Part shown: positions 47,738-58,783 of the stretch, in pieces
Layout of the letters: each line of letters begins with the position of its first letter
How positions within the stretch are numbered: the stretch's first letter is position 1
Made by a program: the position numbers and the translations under genes
The notes under the pieces: model-generated
The model's database searches: none
Told to the model about the DNA's origin: nothing
Seen by the model: only the letters and a program-made list of their open reading frames with translations
Origin: an uncultured Gemmatimonadaceae bacterium
GTDB taxonomy: Bacteria > Gemmatimonadota > Gemmatimonadetes > Gemmatimonadales > Gemmatimonadaceae
NCBI GenBank assembly: GCA_963843845.1
Contig: CAWJMB010000002.1
Span: 672,001-736,000, forward strand
Reading direction: 5' to 3'
Length of the DNA: 64,000 nucleotides

Positions 47738-49084
47738 ATGCGCCGTCTCATCCTGATCGGCGGCGGGCATGCGCACCTCGAGGTGCTCCGGCAGGCAGCG
47801 GCGCGTCGGTTCGCCGGCGGGGAGCTGGTGCTCGTCTCGCCGTACCCGCACCACCACTACTCGGGCATGGTGCCCGGCTATCTGCAGCGCACCTACGCCG
47901 AGGCCGACCTGGCCTTCGACTTACCAGCCCTGTGCCGCGCCGCCGGCGCGCGCTTCGTCGAGGCATCGGCCGATCGCGTCGATCCCGACGGTAGCTGGGT
48001 GGCGGTGGACGGCGTGCGCCTCGCGTGCGACCTCGTCTCGGCCGACGTCGGCGGCGCCCCGGCGGGTTACGATCACGTGCCCGGCGCGCGCGAGCACAGC
48101 TGGACGGTGCGGCCGATCACGCGGGCGATCGCGCTCCGCCACCGGTTGGACGACCACGACGACGGTAGCGGCCCCACCGCTCCCGGCGCGGCCACCGGTC
48201 CCGGCGCGACGGCGCGGTCACCGCTGGCCGCGTGCATCGTCGGAGGCGGCGCGGCCGGCGTCGAGGTCGCGCTGGCGGTGCGACGGCGGCTGAGCGAGTC
48301 GCGGCGGCCCGCCGAGGTCACGCTCGTGGACCGCGCGCCGGCGCTGCTCGGCGAGTTCTCTCCGGGCGTGCGCGACCGGGTCGCACGCCTGCTCGCCGAG
48401 CGCGGCGTGCGCGTCGAGTCGGGACACGCCGTCGCGCACGTGAGCGCCGACGCCATCCGCCTCGACTCGGGCGAGTCGATCCCGTCGACCTTCACCGTCT
48501 GGCTGACGGGGGCGGCGCCGACCGCCCTCACCGCCGCCACCGACCTCCCGGTGGACGACCGCGGCTTCTGGCTGGTGGATGGCGCTCTCCGCACGGTGCG
48601 TGGCGGCGCGGTGTGGGGAGCCGGCGACTGCGTGACGCTGCGCGATCACCGGTGGGTGCCGAAGGCCGGGGTGTACGCCGTGCGCCAGGGCCCGGTGCTC
48701 GCCGCCAATCTGCGCGTCGCGGTGGAGCGCGGGCCCGGCGCGCCGGCACACGCCTTCCGCCGCTACGTGCCGCAGCGGCACTACCTCGCGCTCCTCAACA
48801 CGGCGGACGGGCGCGCGCTGTTGCGCTGGCACGGGCTCACCGCACACACGCGCTGGGCGTGGTGGCTCAAGGACCGCATCGACCGGCGGTTCATGGCGAA
48901 GTACCGGATCGGCCACGTGCGCGCTTCGGCGTCGCTCGCCGCGGCGGAGGTGCGTGCCCGGTCGCCGTCCACGGCGGACGCGCGTCGCGAGCCGGGTCAC
49001 GACGTCGCGTCCGAGCCGCCACAGCCCCGAGCGGCACCTCTTCGCGAGCGTCGTGCAGACGGAGGACGACGCCGACGACCGTGA
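47738..49084 (+). CDS. FAD-dependent pyridine nucleotide-disulfide oxidoreductase (like the SelD-associated N-terminal domain)
   Basis: IGGGHAH, YSGMVPG, VGGGAAGVE, PKAGVYAVRQGP, LKDRIDRRFM. Confidence 0.85.
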   Translation: MRRLILIGGGHAHLEVLRQAAARRFAGGELVLVSPYPHHHYSGMVPGYLQRTYAEADLAFDLPALCRAAGARFVEASADRVDPDGSWVAVDGVRLACDLVSADVGGAPAGYDHVPGAREHSWTVRPITRAIALRHRLDDHDDGSGPTAPGAATGPGATARSPLAACIVGGGAAGVEVALAVRRRLSESRRPAEVTLVDRAPALLGEFSPGVRDRVARLLAERGVRVESGHAVAHVSADAIRLDSGESIPSTFTVWLTGAAPTALTAATDLPVDDRGFWLVDGALRTVRGGAVWGAGDCVTLRDHRWVPKAGVYAVRQGPVLAANLRVAVERGPGAPAHAFRRYVPQRHYLALLNTADGRALLRWHGLTAHTRWAWWLKDRIDRRFMAKYRIGHVRASASLAAAEVRARSPSTADARREPGHDVASEPPQPRAAPLRERRADGGRRRRP

Positions 49085-49170
49085 TGACGTGCGTGGCGGC
49101 GTGGCGCCGCCCGCCCCACGCCATGTCGTGCGGTCTGGCCTCCCCGTGGTCGGCGACCCGCGCCGCGCGA

Positions 49171-49215
49171 TTGCCACGAACCTCGGGCCGGCCTATAATT
49201 ACGATATTCAGTTGA
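49171..49215 (+). promoter_or_regulatory. Sigma70 promoter with putative ArsR operator
   Basis: TTGCCA-N17-TATAAT; ATT-N6-TTCAGTTGA. Confidence 0.75.
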
Positions 49216-49234
49216 ACAGAGGAGAACTGTCGCC

Positions 49235-49564
49235 GTGGCCAAGTCGCTGTCGCCTGAGATGATCGAGCTCGTCGCCGAGCGGTTTCGCGCGCTCGCGGAG
49301 CCGGCGCGGCTGCACATCATGCAGGCGCTTCGCGGGGGCGAACAGACGGTCGGCGAGCTGGTGGAGGCCACCGGGCTGGGTACGGCGAACGTCTCCAAGC
49401 ACCTGCAGCTGCTGCACGCGGCGAGCTTCGTGACGCGCCGCAAGGCGGGGCTGTACGTGTACTACGGGCTCGCCGGCGAGGACGTCTTCCGCCTGTGCGA
49501 CCTCATGTGCGGCCGTCTGGCCGCGGAGGCCGAGGCACGCCGTCTGGTGCTCACCGGGCGCTGA
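49235..49564 (+). CDS. ArsR/SmtB family regulator with C-terminal CxxxC
   Basis: FRALAEPARL, VSKHL, VYY, LCDLMC. Confidence 0.92.
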   Translation: MAKSLSPEMIELVAERFRALAEPARLHIMQALRGGEQTVGELVEATGLGTANVSKHLQLLHAASFVTRRKAGLYVYYGLAGEDVFRLCDLMCGRLAAEAEARRLVLTGR

Positions 49565-49579
49565 GCCCCGACGAGCCAC

Positions 49580-49620
49580 GCTTCACGCGAGGCTTCACGC
49601 GAGGCTTCACGCGAGGCTTC
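49580..49620. repeat. 12-bp tandem repeat (GCTTCACGCGAG)x3 plus a partial unit
   Basis: Read directly. Confidence 0.85.
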
Positions 49621-49910
49621 GACGAGGGTCCGCGTCGGCGACGACGCGCTCGCGCCGCCGAGGAACCCCGTGTCCTCACGGCCCGTCGCGCGAGAAGGCC
49701 CCCGTCGCACGACAAGGGGGTGGAACGACCCCTCCGGGCGACGGCTCCATGCCGCCTCCCCGGTCCAGGGCGTCACCTGCACCGACCAGCTGCAGTCGTT
49801 CGGGCCGGACGGACGGCTGGACGGCGCGGCGGCGCCACCGGGTCTGCGACTTGCCCAGGGCGGGGCACGACATCGGGCGCGGGCCGGTCGGACGAGGACG
49901 GGAGTGGCGG

Positions 49911-50843
49911 ATGGGTGACGGGGTCACGGTGGTGGCGGGGGCGAGCGGGGATCTCGGCGGACGCATCGTCCGGGCGCTGCATGCGCGCGGGGCGCCGGTG
50001 CGCGCGATCGTTCGCCGCGGCGGAGCTCCGGAACGGCTCGCGGATCTGCGGACGCTCGGCGTCGAGGTCGCGGAGGTCGAGTTCGGCGACGCGGCGGGGC
50101 TCGCACAGGCGTGCGCCCGCGGCTCGTGCGTCGTCTCGGCGCTGTCCGGGCTGCGCCCGGTGATCGTCGACGCGCAGACGGCGCTGCTCGACGCCGCGGT
50201 CGCGGCGGGTGTGCCGCGGTTCATCCCGTCGGACTACTGCATCGACTACACGAGGCTGCCGCGCGGCACGAACCGCAACCTCGATCTCCGGGCCGAGTTC
50301 CGTGAACGGCTCGACGCCGCGCCGGTCGCCGCCACGTCGGTGCTCAACGGGATGTTCACCGACCTGCTGACCGGTCCGGCTCCCGTGGTGCTCTTCCCGC
50401 TCCGGCGCGTCGTCTACTGGGAGGACGCCGACCAGCTGCTCGATTTCACGACCATCGACGACACGGCAGGGATCACCGCGGTGGCGGCGCTCGATCGTGA
50501 CGCGCCGCGCTTCCTCCGCGTCGCCGGAGAGGAGCTCAGTGCGCGCGGGCTGGCACACGCCGCGAGCGAGGCCATGGGGCAGCGCTTCCGGCTCCTGCGC
50601 GCCGGCGGGATCGGGCGGCTGGAGCTCCTGATCCGGATCGCGCGCACGGTCGCGCCGGGGCGGAGCGACACGTTCCCTCCGTGGCAGGGCATGCAGTATC
50701 TCCGCGACATGTTCTCCGGTCGCGCGAAGCTGGCGCCGCTCGACGACGCACGGTACCCCGAGCTGCGGTGGACGACCGTGCGCGAAGTGCTCACCGCGCA
50801 TCGGATGGCGCTCTCGAGTGGCGCGGAGCACGCCGCGGCCTGA
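49911..50843 (+). CDS. NmrA-like NAD(P)-binding protein
   Basis: VAGASGDLG, AGVPRFIPSDY, DFTTIDD. Confidence 0.85.
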   Translation: MGDGVTVVAGASGDLGGRIVRALHARGAPVRAIVRRGGAPERLADLRTLGVEVAEVEFGDAAGLAQACARGSCVVSALSGLRPVIVDAQTALLDAAVAAGVPRFIPSDYCIDYTRLPRGTNRNLDLRAEFRERLDAAPVAATSVLNGMFTDLLTGPAPVVLFPLRRVVYWEDADQLLDFTTIDDTAGITAVAALDRDAPRFLRVAGEELSARGLAHAASEAMGQRFRLLRAGGIGRLELLIRIARTVAPGRSDTFPPWQGMQYLRDMFSGRAKLAPLDDARYPELRWTTVREVLTAHRMALSSGAEHAAA

Positions 50844-50893
50844 CTCATGTCAGCTCGCTCCCGACACGGAACGTCGGTCGTGACACGACCAGG

Positions 50894-53194
50894 TCACCAG
50901 TGGGCGGCGCGGCCCAGGAGCAGCGCCACCTGCTCGAGCACCGGGATCTCGCCCGCGGGCACGGGCTGCGGGCGCAGGTCGAAGTGGCAGAGCGTCCCGA
51001 CCGCGCGGCCGTCCGCGGCCCGCACCAGCGCTCCGCAGTACGACACCACGGCGTCGGCCGCTGGATGCCCGGCTCCCCGCAGCTCCGTCCGCGCATCCTC
51101 CACGGCGAACGGCCGTGCCGTGGCACCGACCACCGCGCAGTAGGTCTCACGCATCGGTGCGGCGGCCCCGACGCGGAGCGTCGGATCCTCGCGGTCGTGG
51201 AGCGCGACGCTGCGGAGGATCTCGCCGTCGAAGCGGTACAGACCGGTGTAGCGGTACGCCACGCGTCCATTCAGGTACGCGAGCACCGCGCGGACTCCGT
51301 CCGCCGCGCCTGGGTGATCGGCGAGGAGGCGCCGACACGCTTCGACCTCGCTCGCGGGATCGTTCGCGCCCGAGCCGCCGGGCACCGATCCGTTCGGCGC
51401 CGCCGGGGGCGCGTGGCCGGTGGACACGGCCCGTGGGAGGGTGAGGGTGAACGTCGATCCCTCGCCCACTCGACTCTCCACGGTCAGGTCGCCGCCCATG
51501 CCGCACGCCAGCTCGCGGCAGATCGCCAGCCCCAGTCCGACGCCGTCCCGCGTGCGATTGAGCGAGGGCGTGACCTGCACGAACGGCTCGAAGATGTGCT
51601 CGAGCCGCTCGGGCGGGATGCCGATCCCGGTGTCGCGCACCCGCACCAGGACCACCGCGCCGCCGTCGGGGCCGGACGCGGCGTCGCACGACAGGGTGAT
51701 CGTGCCCGGGGGGTCGGTGAACTTCACGGCGTTCGTGAGCAGGTTGACGAGGATCTGCTGCAGCTTCTCGCGGTCGGCGCGGGCGACGAGGTCCGAGCAG
51801 TCGGCCGTCGCTTCGTAGGCGATCCCGCGCGCGCGCGCCTGCGGCTCGACGAGCACCGCGACGTCGTCCAGCGCGGGGCCGAGCGGCACGTCGGCGACGG
51901 CGTAGTGAACGCGTCCCGCTTCGAGCCGCGCGAAGTTGAGGACGTCGTTGATGAGACCGAGCAGGTGCTGCTGGCTGCGCCGGATGCGCACGAGGTCCGC
52001 CTGCTGCGCTTCCGTCACCGGCCCGCGGAGCCCCAACTCCAGCAGCTCGGTGTAGCCGCCGATGGCGTTGAGCGGGGTCCGCAGCTCGTGGCTCATCGTC
52101 GCCAGGAACTGGCTCTTCGCCGCGTTCGCCGCCTCGGCGGCCGCGGTGCGTTCGGCGAGCAGCGCGTTCATGGTGTGGAGGGCGGCCTCCGCCTCGCGCT
52201 CGGCCGTCACGTCCCGGATCTCGACGACGGTGCCGACCGGCACGCCGTCCTCGAGGATCGGGCTCGCCGTGCAGAGCACGGGGAAGTACGCGCCATCCTT
52301 GCGGATGAAGACGTCCGCGTGCGCCCGCACACCGCTGTTCTCGGGCAGCGCGCGGTCGATCGGGCACTCCGCCTTGGGATATGGCGACCCGTCCGGACGG
52401 TGGTGGTGGATCGCGTCGTGGAGGGGGCTGTGGCGGATCTCGTCGAGCGTGAACCCGGTCATCGCCACCGCGGCCGGGTTCATGTAGGTCGGATGGCCGT
52501 GGCGGTCCATGAGGAAGAGCGCCGACGTCGCGTTGTCGGCCACCAGCCGGGTGAGCGCCGCCTGGCGCTCCACGGTCGCGACGGCCACCGCGCGCCGCGT
52601 CAGCTCGTCGGCGGCGAACGCGGCGACCTCCTCGAGCACGGAGGCGTCGTGAGCGGTCCAGCTCCGCGGCGCGAAGTCGACCGCGCACACCGATCCGAGC
52701 ACGTGCCCGTCCGGCGTGCGCAGCGGCACGGCGGCGTAGGCGACGATCCCCCCCTCGGTCGTGGCGCGGCTGTCGCGGACCAGCGGGTGCGCGCGTGCGT
52801 CCTCGACGAGCAGCGGCGCGAGGTTCCCCGCCTGCGCCCGTTCGACCACGTGCTGGCAGAACGAGGCGTCGAGGTCGACCGACATCGACCAGCGGGCGGG
52901 GTTGCCGTCCGGGAGCGCCTCGGCGTGCGCGGCGCTCGCCAGCGGCACCTGGGCGTCGGCCGTCACGATGTTCACCTGAGCGACCGGCGTGCGAAGCGCG
53001 CGCGCCGCGAGCCGGGCCATCGCATCGAGGCCCGGAATCGACCCGTGCGCGAGCCCCGTGGCCGCCACCGCGGCGAGTCGCGCCGGATCGACGAGCGCGG
53101 CGTGGCGTGCTCGGGGCCCGAGGCTCCCGGCGTCGTGCTCGGCGCCATCGAGCAGGCCGGCCGCAATGTCCGCGCGATCGTGCGGAGCAGTCAT
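50894..53194 (-). CDS. Sensor histidine kinase GAF-PAS-HisKA-HATPase with an extra C-terminal GAF-like domain
   Basis: SFCQHV..YAAVPL; PAS; MSHELRTPL, NAVKFT, DTGIGI, GLGL; YCGALV..GTLCHFD. Confidence 0.9.
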   Translation of the reverse strand: MTAPHDRADIAAGLLDGAEHDAGSLGPRARHAALVDPARLAAVAATGLAHGSIPGLDAMARLAARALRTPVAQVNIVTADAQVPLASAAHAEALPDGNPARWSMSVDLDASFCQHVVERAQAGNLAPLLVEDARAHPLVRDSRATTEGGIVAYAAVPLRTPDGHVLGSVCAVDFAPRSWTAHDASVLEEVAAFAADELTRRAVAVATVERQAALTRLVADNATSALFLMDRHGHPTYMNPAAVAMTGFTLDEIRHSPLHDAIHHHRPDGSPYPKAECPIDRALPENSGVRAHADVFIRKDGAYFPVLCTASPILEDGVPVGTVVEIRDVTAEREAEAALHTMNALLAERTAAAEAANAAKSQFLATMSHELRTPLNAIGGYTELLELGLRGPVTEAQQADLVRIRRSQQHLLGLINDVLNFARLEAGRVHYAVADVPLGPALDDVAVLVEPQARARGIAYEATADCSDLVARADREKLQQILVNLLTNAVKFTDPPGTITLSCDAASGPDGGAVVLVRVRDTGIGIPPERLEHIFEPFVQVTPSLNRTRDGVGLGLAICRELACGMGGDLTVESRVGEGSTFTLTLPRAVSTGHAPPAAPNGSVPGGSGANDPASEVEACRRLLADHPGAADGVRAVLAYLNGRVAYRYTGLYRFDGEILRSVALHDREDPTLRVGAAAPMRETYCAVVGATARPFAVEDARTELRGAGHPAADAVVSYCGALVRAADGRAVGTLCHFDLRPQPVPAGEIPVLEQVALLLGRAAHW

Positions 53195-53457
53195 CGAGAT
53201 GGCGAGCGTGACGGGCGGTTCACGCGACGCGCGTCGCGAGACGAGGCCGGTCGGTGAGCGGACACGAACCCACCAGCGGCAGGCTCCGGCTTCCGGAAGC
53301 TAATCGTGCGCGGCGCGTCCGAGGTACGCCGGCCGCTCGCCGAGGTGCGCCTGTCGCGTGGGCGTGCGCCCTGCTACCCATCGACGGTGCGCGCACGGCA
53401 GACCACGACGATCGGCGCACGGAACGGCCCGGGGGCGGGCCGCAACACGGGAGGGGT

Positions 53458-56137
53458 GTGAGGCAGACGACTGGAAGCACCGGGGAGGTGGCGACGGGCG
53501 CGGACCGTGTCGCCGCAGAGCAGCTGTTCGCCGGCGCCGGCGAGCTGCGCGCGCGCTGCCGCGCGCACGACTGGGCCGCCACCCCGCTCGGACCCGTCGA
53601 GGCGTGGCCGCAGAGTCTCCGCACGACGGCCACGACCGTGCTCGCCCTCGGCTTCCCCGCCATCGTCCTCTGGGGGCCGGAGCTCGTCCAGCTCTACAAC
53701 GATGGCTACGTCCCGTTCCTCGGCGGCAAGCATCCGGAGGGGCTCGGGCAACCCACGCACGCGTGCTGGCCCGAGGTGCGCCACCTCACCGAGCCGGTGT
53801 ACGATCGCGTGTGGGCGGGTGAGACGGTCACGCAGGCCGAGCAGGTCTACCCGCTCCGGCGGCGCGGGCCCGAGGCGCCGCCGGACGACGTGGCGATCAC
53901 GCTCACCTTCGTGCCGGTGCGCGACGAGGCGGGCGAGGTGGGCGGCGTCTTCGTGACGCTGTTCGACGTGAGCGCGCAGGTCGCCGGGCGCGAGGCGCAG
54001 GCCGAGCGGGCGCGGCTCCTCGCCGAGAGCGAGGCGGCGCGGGCCGACGCCGAGCAGGCGCGGGCCCAGGCGGACGCGGCGCGCCAGGCGGTGGAGGCGG
54101 CGGGTCGGCAGCTGCAGACCGCGTTCGCGCAGGCCCCGGCGCTCGTCGCCGTGACCGAGGGGCCGGAGCACCGCTTCGTGCTCGCCAACGCCGGGTTCGA
54201 ACGGATCGTCGGCCGCGGGGGCCTCGTCGGGCGCACGACGCGCGAGGCGCTCCCCGAGCTGGAGGCGCAGGGGGTCCACGCGCGGTTCGACCTGGTGTAT
54301 GCCACGGGAGAGCCGTTCGTCGCCGCCGAGCACCGCGTGCTGCTGCCGCGCGACGATGGCGGCGCACCGTACGAGGGGTGGTATACCCTGGTCTGCCAGC
54401 CGCTGGTCGGTCCGGACGGCCGGGTCACCGGCATCCTGCAGCACGCCGTCGAGGTGACGTCGCAGGTGCGCGCCCGGCAGGATGTCGAGCGGCTGCTGGC
54501 CGACCAGGCGCGCGCGGCCGCGGCGCTCGCCGAGAGCGAGGCGCGCTTCCGCGCCGTGCAGGACGCGTCGCCGAACGGCTCCGTGCTCATGCGTCCGGAG
54601 CGCGATGCCGCCGGCGTGATCACGGACTTCACCTTCGTCTACGTCAACGCGGCGACGACGCGCCTCCTCGGCGTCGGGCCGGAGGCGCTGGTCGGGCGGG
54701 CGCTCTGCGCCGTGTACCCCGACTCGCCGACGAACGGCTACCTCGCCGGCTACCGCGGGGCCTTCGAGGACGGCGTCGCGTTCACGGTCGAGGAGGACTA
54801 CGGGCGCTTCGGCCGCCCCGCGCACCTGCACGTGACCGCCGTGCGCGCGGGCGACCTCGTGCACGCGCACTTCGCCGACGTGAGCGCCGCGGTCGAAGCC
54901 CGGGCGGAGCGCGAGCGCCTGCTCGCGGCCGAGCGTGCCGCGCGCGCCGCCGCCGAAGCGGAGCAGCAGCGTCTCGCGGCAGTGATCGCGCACCTCCCTC
55001 TCGGTGTCACGCTCGCCGAGGCGCCGAGCGGGCGGCACTCGGTGAGCAATCCGGCGGCGGTCGCGATCTGGGGTGTGCTCCCTGCCTCCCCGGAGGTGGC
55101 GGCGTACAGCCGCGACTTCGTGGGCTACCGCCCCGGGCCCGGCGCGCGGGTCGGCCGAAGAGGCCGCGCGCCGCATCGGGAGTCACGAGTGGCCGCTGGC
55201 GCGCGCCCTCGGTGCAGGCGAGCTGGTCGTCGACGAGCTGGCCGAGATCGAGCGACCAGACGGCACGCGACGGCTGGTGAGCCTGTCGGCCGCGCCGGTG
55301 CGCGACGCCGAGGGACAGGTGACCGGCGCGCTGGTGACGACGATCGACGTGACCGAGCGCGAGGCGATGCTCCGGGCACTCGACTCGGCGCGGCAGGCGG
55401 CGGAAGGCGCCAATCGGGCGAAGAGCGAGTTTCTGGCGGTGATGAGCCACGAGCTCCGGACGCCGCTGAACGCGATCGGCGGGTACGCGGAGCTGATCGA
55501 GCTCGGGATCCATGGGCCGGTGACCGAGGCCCAGCGTGCGGCGCTCGCGCGGATCCAGCAGAGCCAGCGCCACCTGCTCGGGCTGATCGCCGGGGTGCTC
55601 GACTACGCGCGGGTCGAGGCCGGGGGGGTGACGTACCGGCTGGGCGCCGTGCCGGTGGGGGAGGCGGTGGCGGAAGCGGAGACGCTCGTGGCGCCACAGC
55701 TGCGGGCGCAGGGGTTGGAGTTCCGGTGGGCGGGGGCGCCGGCGGGGCTCTGCGTGCGGGCGGACCGGGAGAAGCTGCAGCAGGTGCTGCTCAACCTGCT
55801 CGGCAATGCGGTGAAGTTCACGCAGGCCCGCGCCGGGGTGGCCGGACGGATCGAGGTGACGTGCACGGTCGAGGGGGGCGGCGACGGCACGGCGCGGGCG
55901 GGTGGGCTGGTGCGGATCCACGTGCGGGACACCGGGCGGGGGATCGCGGCTCCGGAGCTGGAGCGGATCTTCGAGCCGTTCGTGCAGGCGGACCAGCGCC
56001 TCACGCGTCCGCATGCGGGAGTGGGGCTGGGGCTGGCGATCAGCCGGGACCTGGCGCGGGGGATGGGGGGCGACCTGACGGTGGAGAGCGTACCGGACGT
56101 GGGCAGCACGTTCACGCTGACGCTCCCGCGGGGCTGA
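53458..56137 (+). CDS. Multi-PAS sensor histidine kinase (frameshift near 55150)
   Basis: DWAATPLGP..WPQSL, several PAS segments, MSHELRTPL, NAVKFT, DTGRGI, GLGL. Confidence 0.88.
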
Positions 56138-56281
56138 GCGGGATGCGCCCGGCGAGCCCGGCGAGCGCGAGGCAGCGATGGCGCGTCGCCTCGATCCGAC
56201 GTTCGTCGCCGGCCACCCGCGCAGCGGATCAGTCGAGCGGGTGCACTGGATTCGCGACCCGCAGGCCATCGACTCCGCCCG

Positions 56282-56740
56282 TCATGACTGGTCCGGGTTC
56301 TCGCCGCCACGGATGCGACGCTCGATGGCGTGCAGGCCGCGGAGCAGCACGATGGTGAGGACGCTGAGGAGCAGCGCGAGCTCGAGCTGCCCGTAGGCGC
56401 TGGCGGCACCGATGGCGCTCGTCGCCCAGAGGCTGGCGGCGGTGGCGGTGCCCGTCACCCGGAGGCGGTCCTTGAGGATGGCGCCGCCGCCGATGAAGCC
56501 GATGCCGGTCATGAGCCCCTGGAGGATCCGCGCCTGCGCGTCGGGCGCCGTGCCCACCGCGCGGAGCGCCATGAGGATGAACGCGCAGGCGGCGACCGCC
56601 ACGAGCGGAAACGTGCGCAGACCGGCGCTGCGGGCCGAGCGCTCGCGCTCGTAGCCGATGGGCAGCGCGAGGAGGAGCGCGATGCCGAGTCGGATCAGCA
56701 GTCGGGCGAGCTCCGCGGCGTCGAGCGTCAGTGGAGGCAT
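56282..56740 (-). CDS. MgtC/SapB family protein
   Basis: IGYERE..AGLRTF, TGIGFIGGGAIL, TATAASLW. Confidence 0.9.
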   Translation of the reverse strand: MPPLTLDAAELARLLIRLGIALLLALPIGYERERSARSAGLRTFPLVAVAACAFILMALRAVGTAPDAQARILQGLMTGIGFIGGGAILKDRLRVTGTATAASLWATSAIGAASAYGQLELALLLSVLTIVLLRGLHAIERRIRGGENPDQS

Positions 56741-56939
56741 CACCGAGATGGGATCGCGCGTCGTGCGGCTGGCAGGTGGATCGCGCACCGACCGTCCGGG
56801 AAGGCGGGCATGCCGGGATGCCGCGCAAGGCGCGCTCCATCGCGCGCACCGTATGCTCGAGCGACCTCCGGGTACGTCCGATGGAGCCTTCGACGGCGAC
56901 GGGCCGCTCGATGCGGCTGGCGATCGGACGGTCGACACG

Positions 56940-56973
56940 CGAGAGGGCACCCGCCAGCGCGGGTGCCCTCTCG
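56940..56973 (-). terminator. Hairpin after the fasciclin gene
   Basis: CGAGAGGGCACCCGC-cagc-GCGGGTGCCCTCTCG. Confidence 0.7.
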
Positions 56974-56997
56974 TACCATCGGGTGTGACGCTGCGAC

Positions 56998-57534
56998 TCA
57001 GCGGCGGTCGTCGGCCGGCGCGGCGGTCGGCATGAGAACCGTGTCGATGACGTGGATCACGCCGTTCGACGCGGCGATGTCGGCCGAGATCACCTGCGCG
57101 CCGTTGACGTAGACCTTGCCGCCGCGGACGACGATGTCGAGCGGCTGACCGTTCACCGTCTTCGGCGTGCCACCCTTCATCTTCACGACGTCGGCGGCCG
57201 TGACCTTGCCGGAGACCACGTGGTAGGTGAGGATCGACGCCAGCTTCGCCTTGTCGGCGAGGAGCGCGTCGATGGTGCCGGCGGGAAGCTTCGCGAACGC
57301 GGCGTCCGAGGGCGCGAAGACGGTGAACGGCCCCGGTCCCGACAGCGTCTCGACGAGCCCGGCCGCCTTCACGGCGGCGACGAGAGTGTTGAAGCTTCCC
57401 GCGCCGACGGCGACTTCCACGATGTTCTGCGTGGGGGCCTTCGTCACTCTCATCGCGCTCTGCGCCGTCGCAGTCCCAGGCGCCGCGATCATGGCCGCCA
57501 CGGCCCCGGCCACCAGCATCATCCCGTTCCGCAT
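56998..57534 (-). CDS. Secreted fasciclin (FAS1) domain protein
   Basis: [29 protein letters not shown]. Confidence 0.93.
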   Translation of the reverse strand: MRNGMMLVAGAVAAMIAAPGTATAQSAMRVTKAPTQNIVEVAVGAGSFNTLVAAVKAAGLVETLSGPGPFTVFAPSDAAFAKLPAGTIDALLADKAKLASILTYHVVSGKVTAADVVKMKGGTPKTVNGQPLDIVVRGGKVYVNGAQVISADIAASNGVIHVIDTVLMPTAAPADDRR

Positions 57535-57557
57535 GATCAATTCCTCACGTAGGTTGG

Positions 57558-57655
57558 TTGTCTAAGACTTGTCTAGGTATACTCGCGGCATATCTCTCAT
57601 ATGTCAAGGGATTGTCGAGATAAATGTTGACGGGCGCTAGACACGGGGGCATGTT
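57558..57655. promoter_or_regulatory. Divergent promoter region with CarH-type 11-bp direct repeats
   Basis: Minus strand: CCCGTCAACAT, TATCTCGACAA, TCCCTTGACAT, TACCTAGACAA, GTCTTAGACAA (nnnnTnnACAn). Plus strand: TTGACG-N17-CATGTT. Confidence 0.72.
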
Positions 57656-57661
57656 CAGCGC

Positions 57662-58651
57662 ATGCAGTCGATACCTCCCACGCCGACACCGGCCGCCATC
57701 CCTCGCCATCCGATCTCGGTCGTCGTCGACCGCACGGGGCTCTCCCAGCACGTGCTGCGGGTGTGGGAACGGCGATACCACGCGGTCGAGCCGGCGCGCG
57801 GCGACGGCGGGCACCGCCTCTACTCCGACGCCGACATCGAGCGGTTCCGGCTGCTCCACGCGGCGACGCGCGCCGGCCGCACCATCGGTCAGATCGCGCA
57901 CCTCCCGTCCGACGAGCTGACCCGACTGGCTGCGGAGGACTCGGCGGCGCGGCTGGAGCAGCAGCGCGTGGCCGGCGCCGGTGAGCGTGTGGTCCCCGAC
58001 GCCCCGCTCGACGAGGTAGCCGCGGCCCTCGCGCTGACCCGCGCCCTCGACGCACCCGGCCTCGACGCGCTGCTCCGGCGCGCCGCCGCGACGCACGGCG
58101 TGGCGACGTTCACCGAGCGCGTGGCGGTGCCGCTCCTGCACGCGATCGGGCACGAGTGGCACGCCGGCCGCCTCACGATCGCGCAGGAGCACCTCGCCGC
58201 GGCCGCGGTGCAGGACATCCTGCTCGAGGCGATGCGCGCCCTCACCGGCGGGGCCGACGCCGCGCGGGTGGTCGTGGCCACCCTCCCCGGCGACCGGCAC
58301 GCGATCGGGGCGGCGCTCGCCGGCGCGGCCGCGGCCGCCGACGGGTGGAGCGTGATCTACCTCGGCGTCGACCTCCCGGCGGCGGAGATCGCGGCCGCCG
58401 CGGCGGCGACGGTCGCACGCGCCGTCGCGGTCAGCGTCGTCTACGTCGACGACCGCCAGCGCACCCTCGCCGAGCTGCGCACGCTGCGCGCGCGGCTGCC
58501 CGCCGCCGTGCCGCTCGTCGTCGGCGGGGCCGGCGCGGCCGCGCTCGCGAGCGAGATCGCCGACGCCGGGATCCGCGTCGGCGGAACGCTGGCCGATCTC
58601 CGCGACGCCCTCCGCGACGCGCAGCGCGCGCCGGCCGCCTCCGCAGCCTGA
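57662..58651 (+). CDS. MerR-family regulator with B12-binding domains (CarH/LitR-like)
   Basis: LRVWERRY..GHRLY; W-x9-EH (WHAGRLTIAQEH); DRHAIG; YLGVDLP. Confidence 0.88.
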   Translation: MQSIPPTPTPAAIPRHPISVVVDRTGLSQHVLRVWERRYHAVEPARGDGGHRLYSDADIERFRLLHAATRAGRTIGQIAHLPSDELTRLAAEDSAARLEQQRVAGAGERVVPDAPLDEVAAALALTRALDAPGLDALLRRAAATHGVATFTERVAVPLLHAIGHEWHAGRLTIAQEHLAAAAVQDILLEAMRALTGGADAARVVVATLPGDRHAIGAALAGAAAAADGWSVIYLGVDLPAAEIAAAAAATVARAVAVSVVYVDDRQRTLAELRTLRARLPAAVPLVVGGAGAAALASEIADAGIRVGGTLADLRDALRDAQRAPAASAA

Positions 58652-58783
58652 TCGCCGCGGCGCGAGCGCCGCAGCCGGAGCGACTCGCCCCGTCCGTCGG
58701 CGGGCGGAAACCCGACGCGGAAACGTCCGTACGGCCCGGACTTCCGCGCTCGACGGCCCCCCGACTCTCCCGCCCGCAGCACG

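Noticed and set aside
47738..49084. Selenophosphate synthetase / selenium system
   Set aside because: Only the oxidoreductase domain is present; no SelD catalytic domain or in-frame UGA was seen.
57582..57610. dif-like site (GCATA...ATATGTCAA)
   Set aside because: Spacing is one base short of dif and the arms are poor; it lies within the CarH-type promoter.
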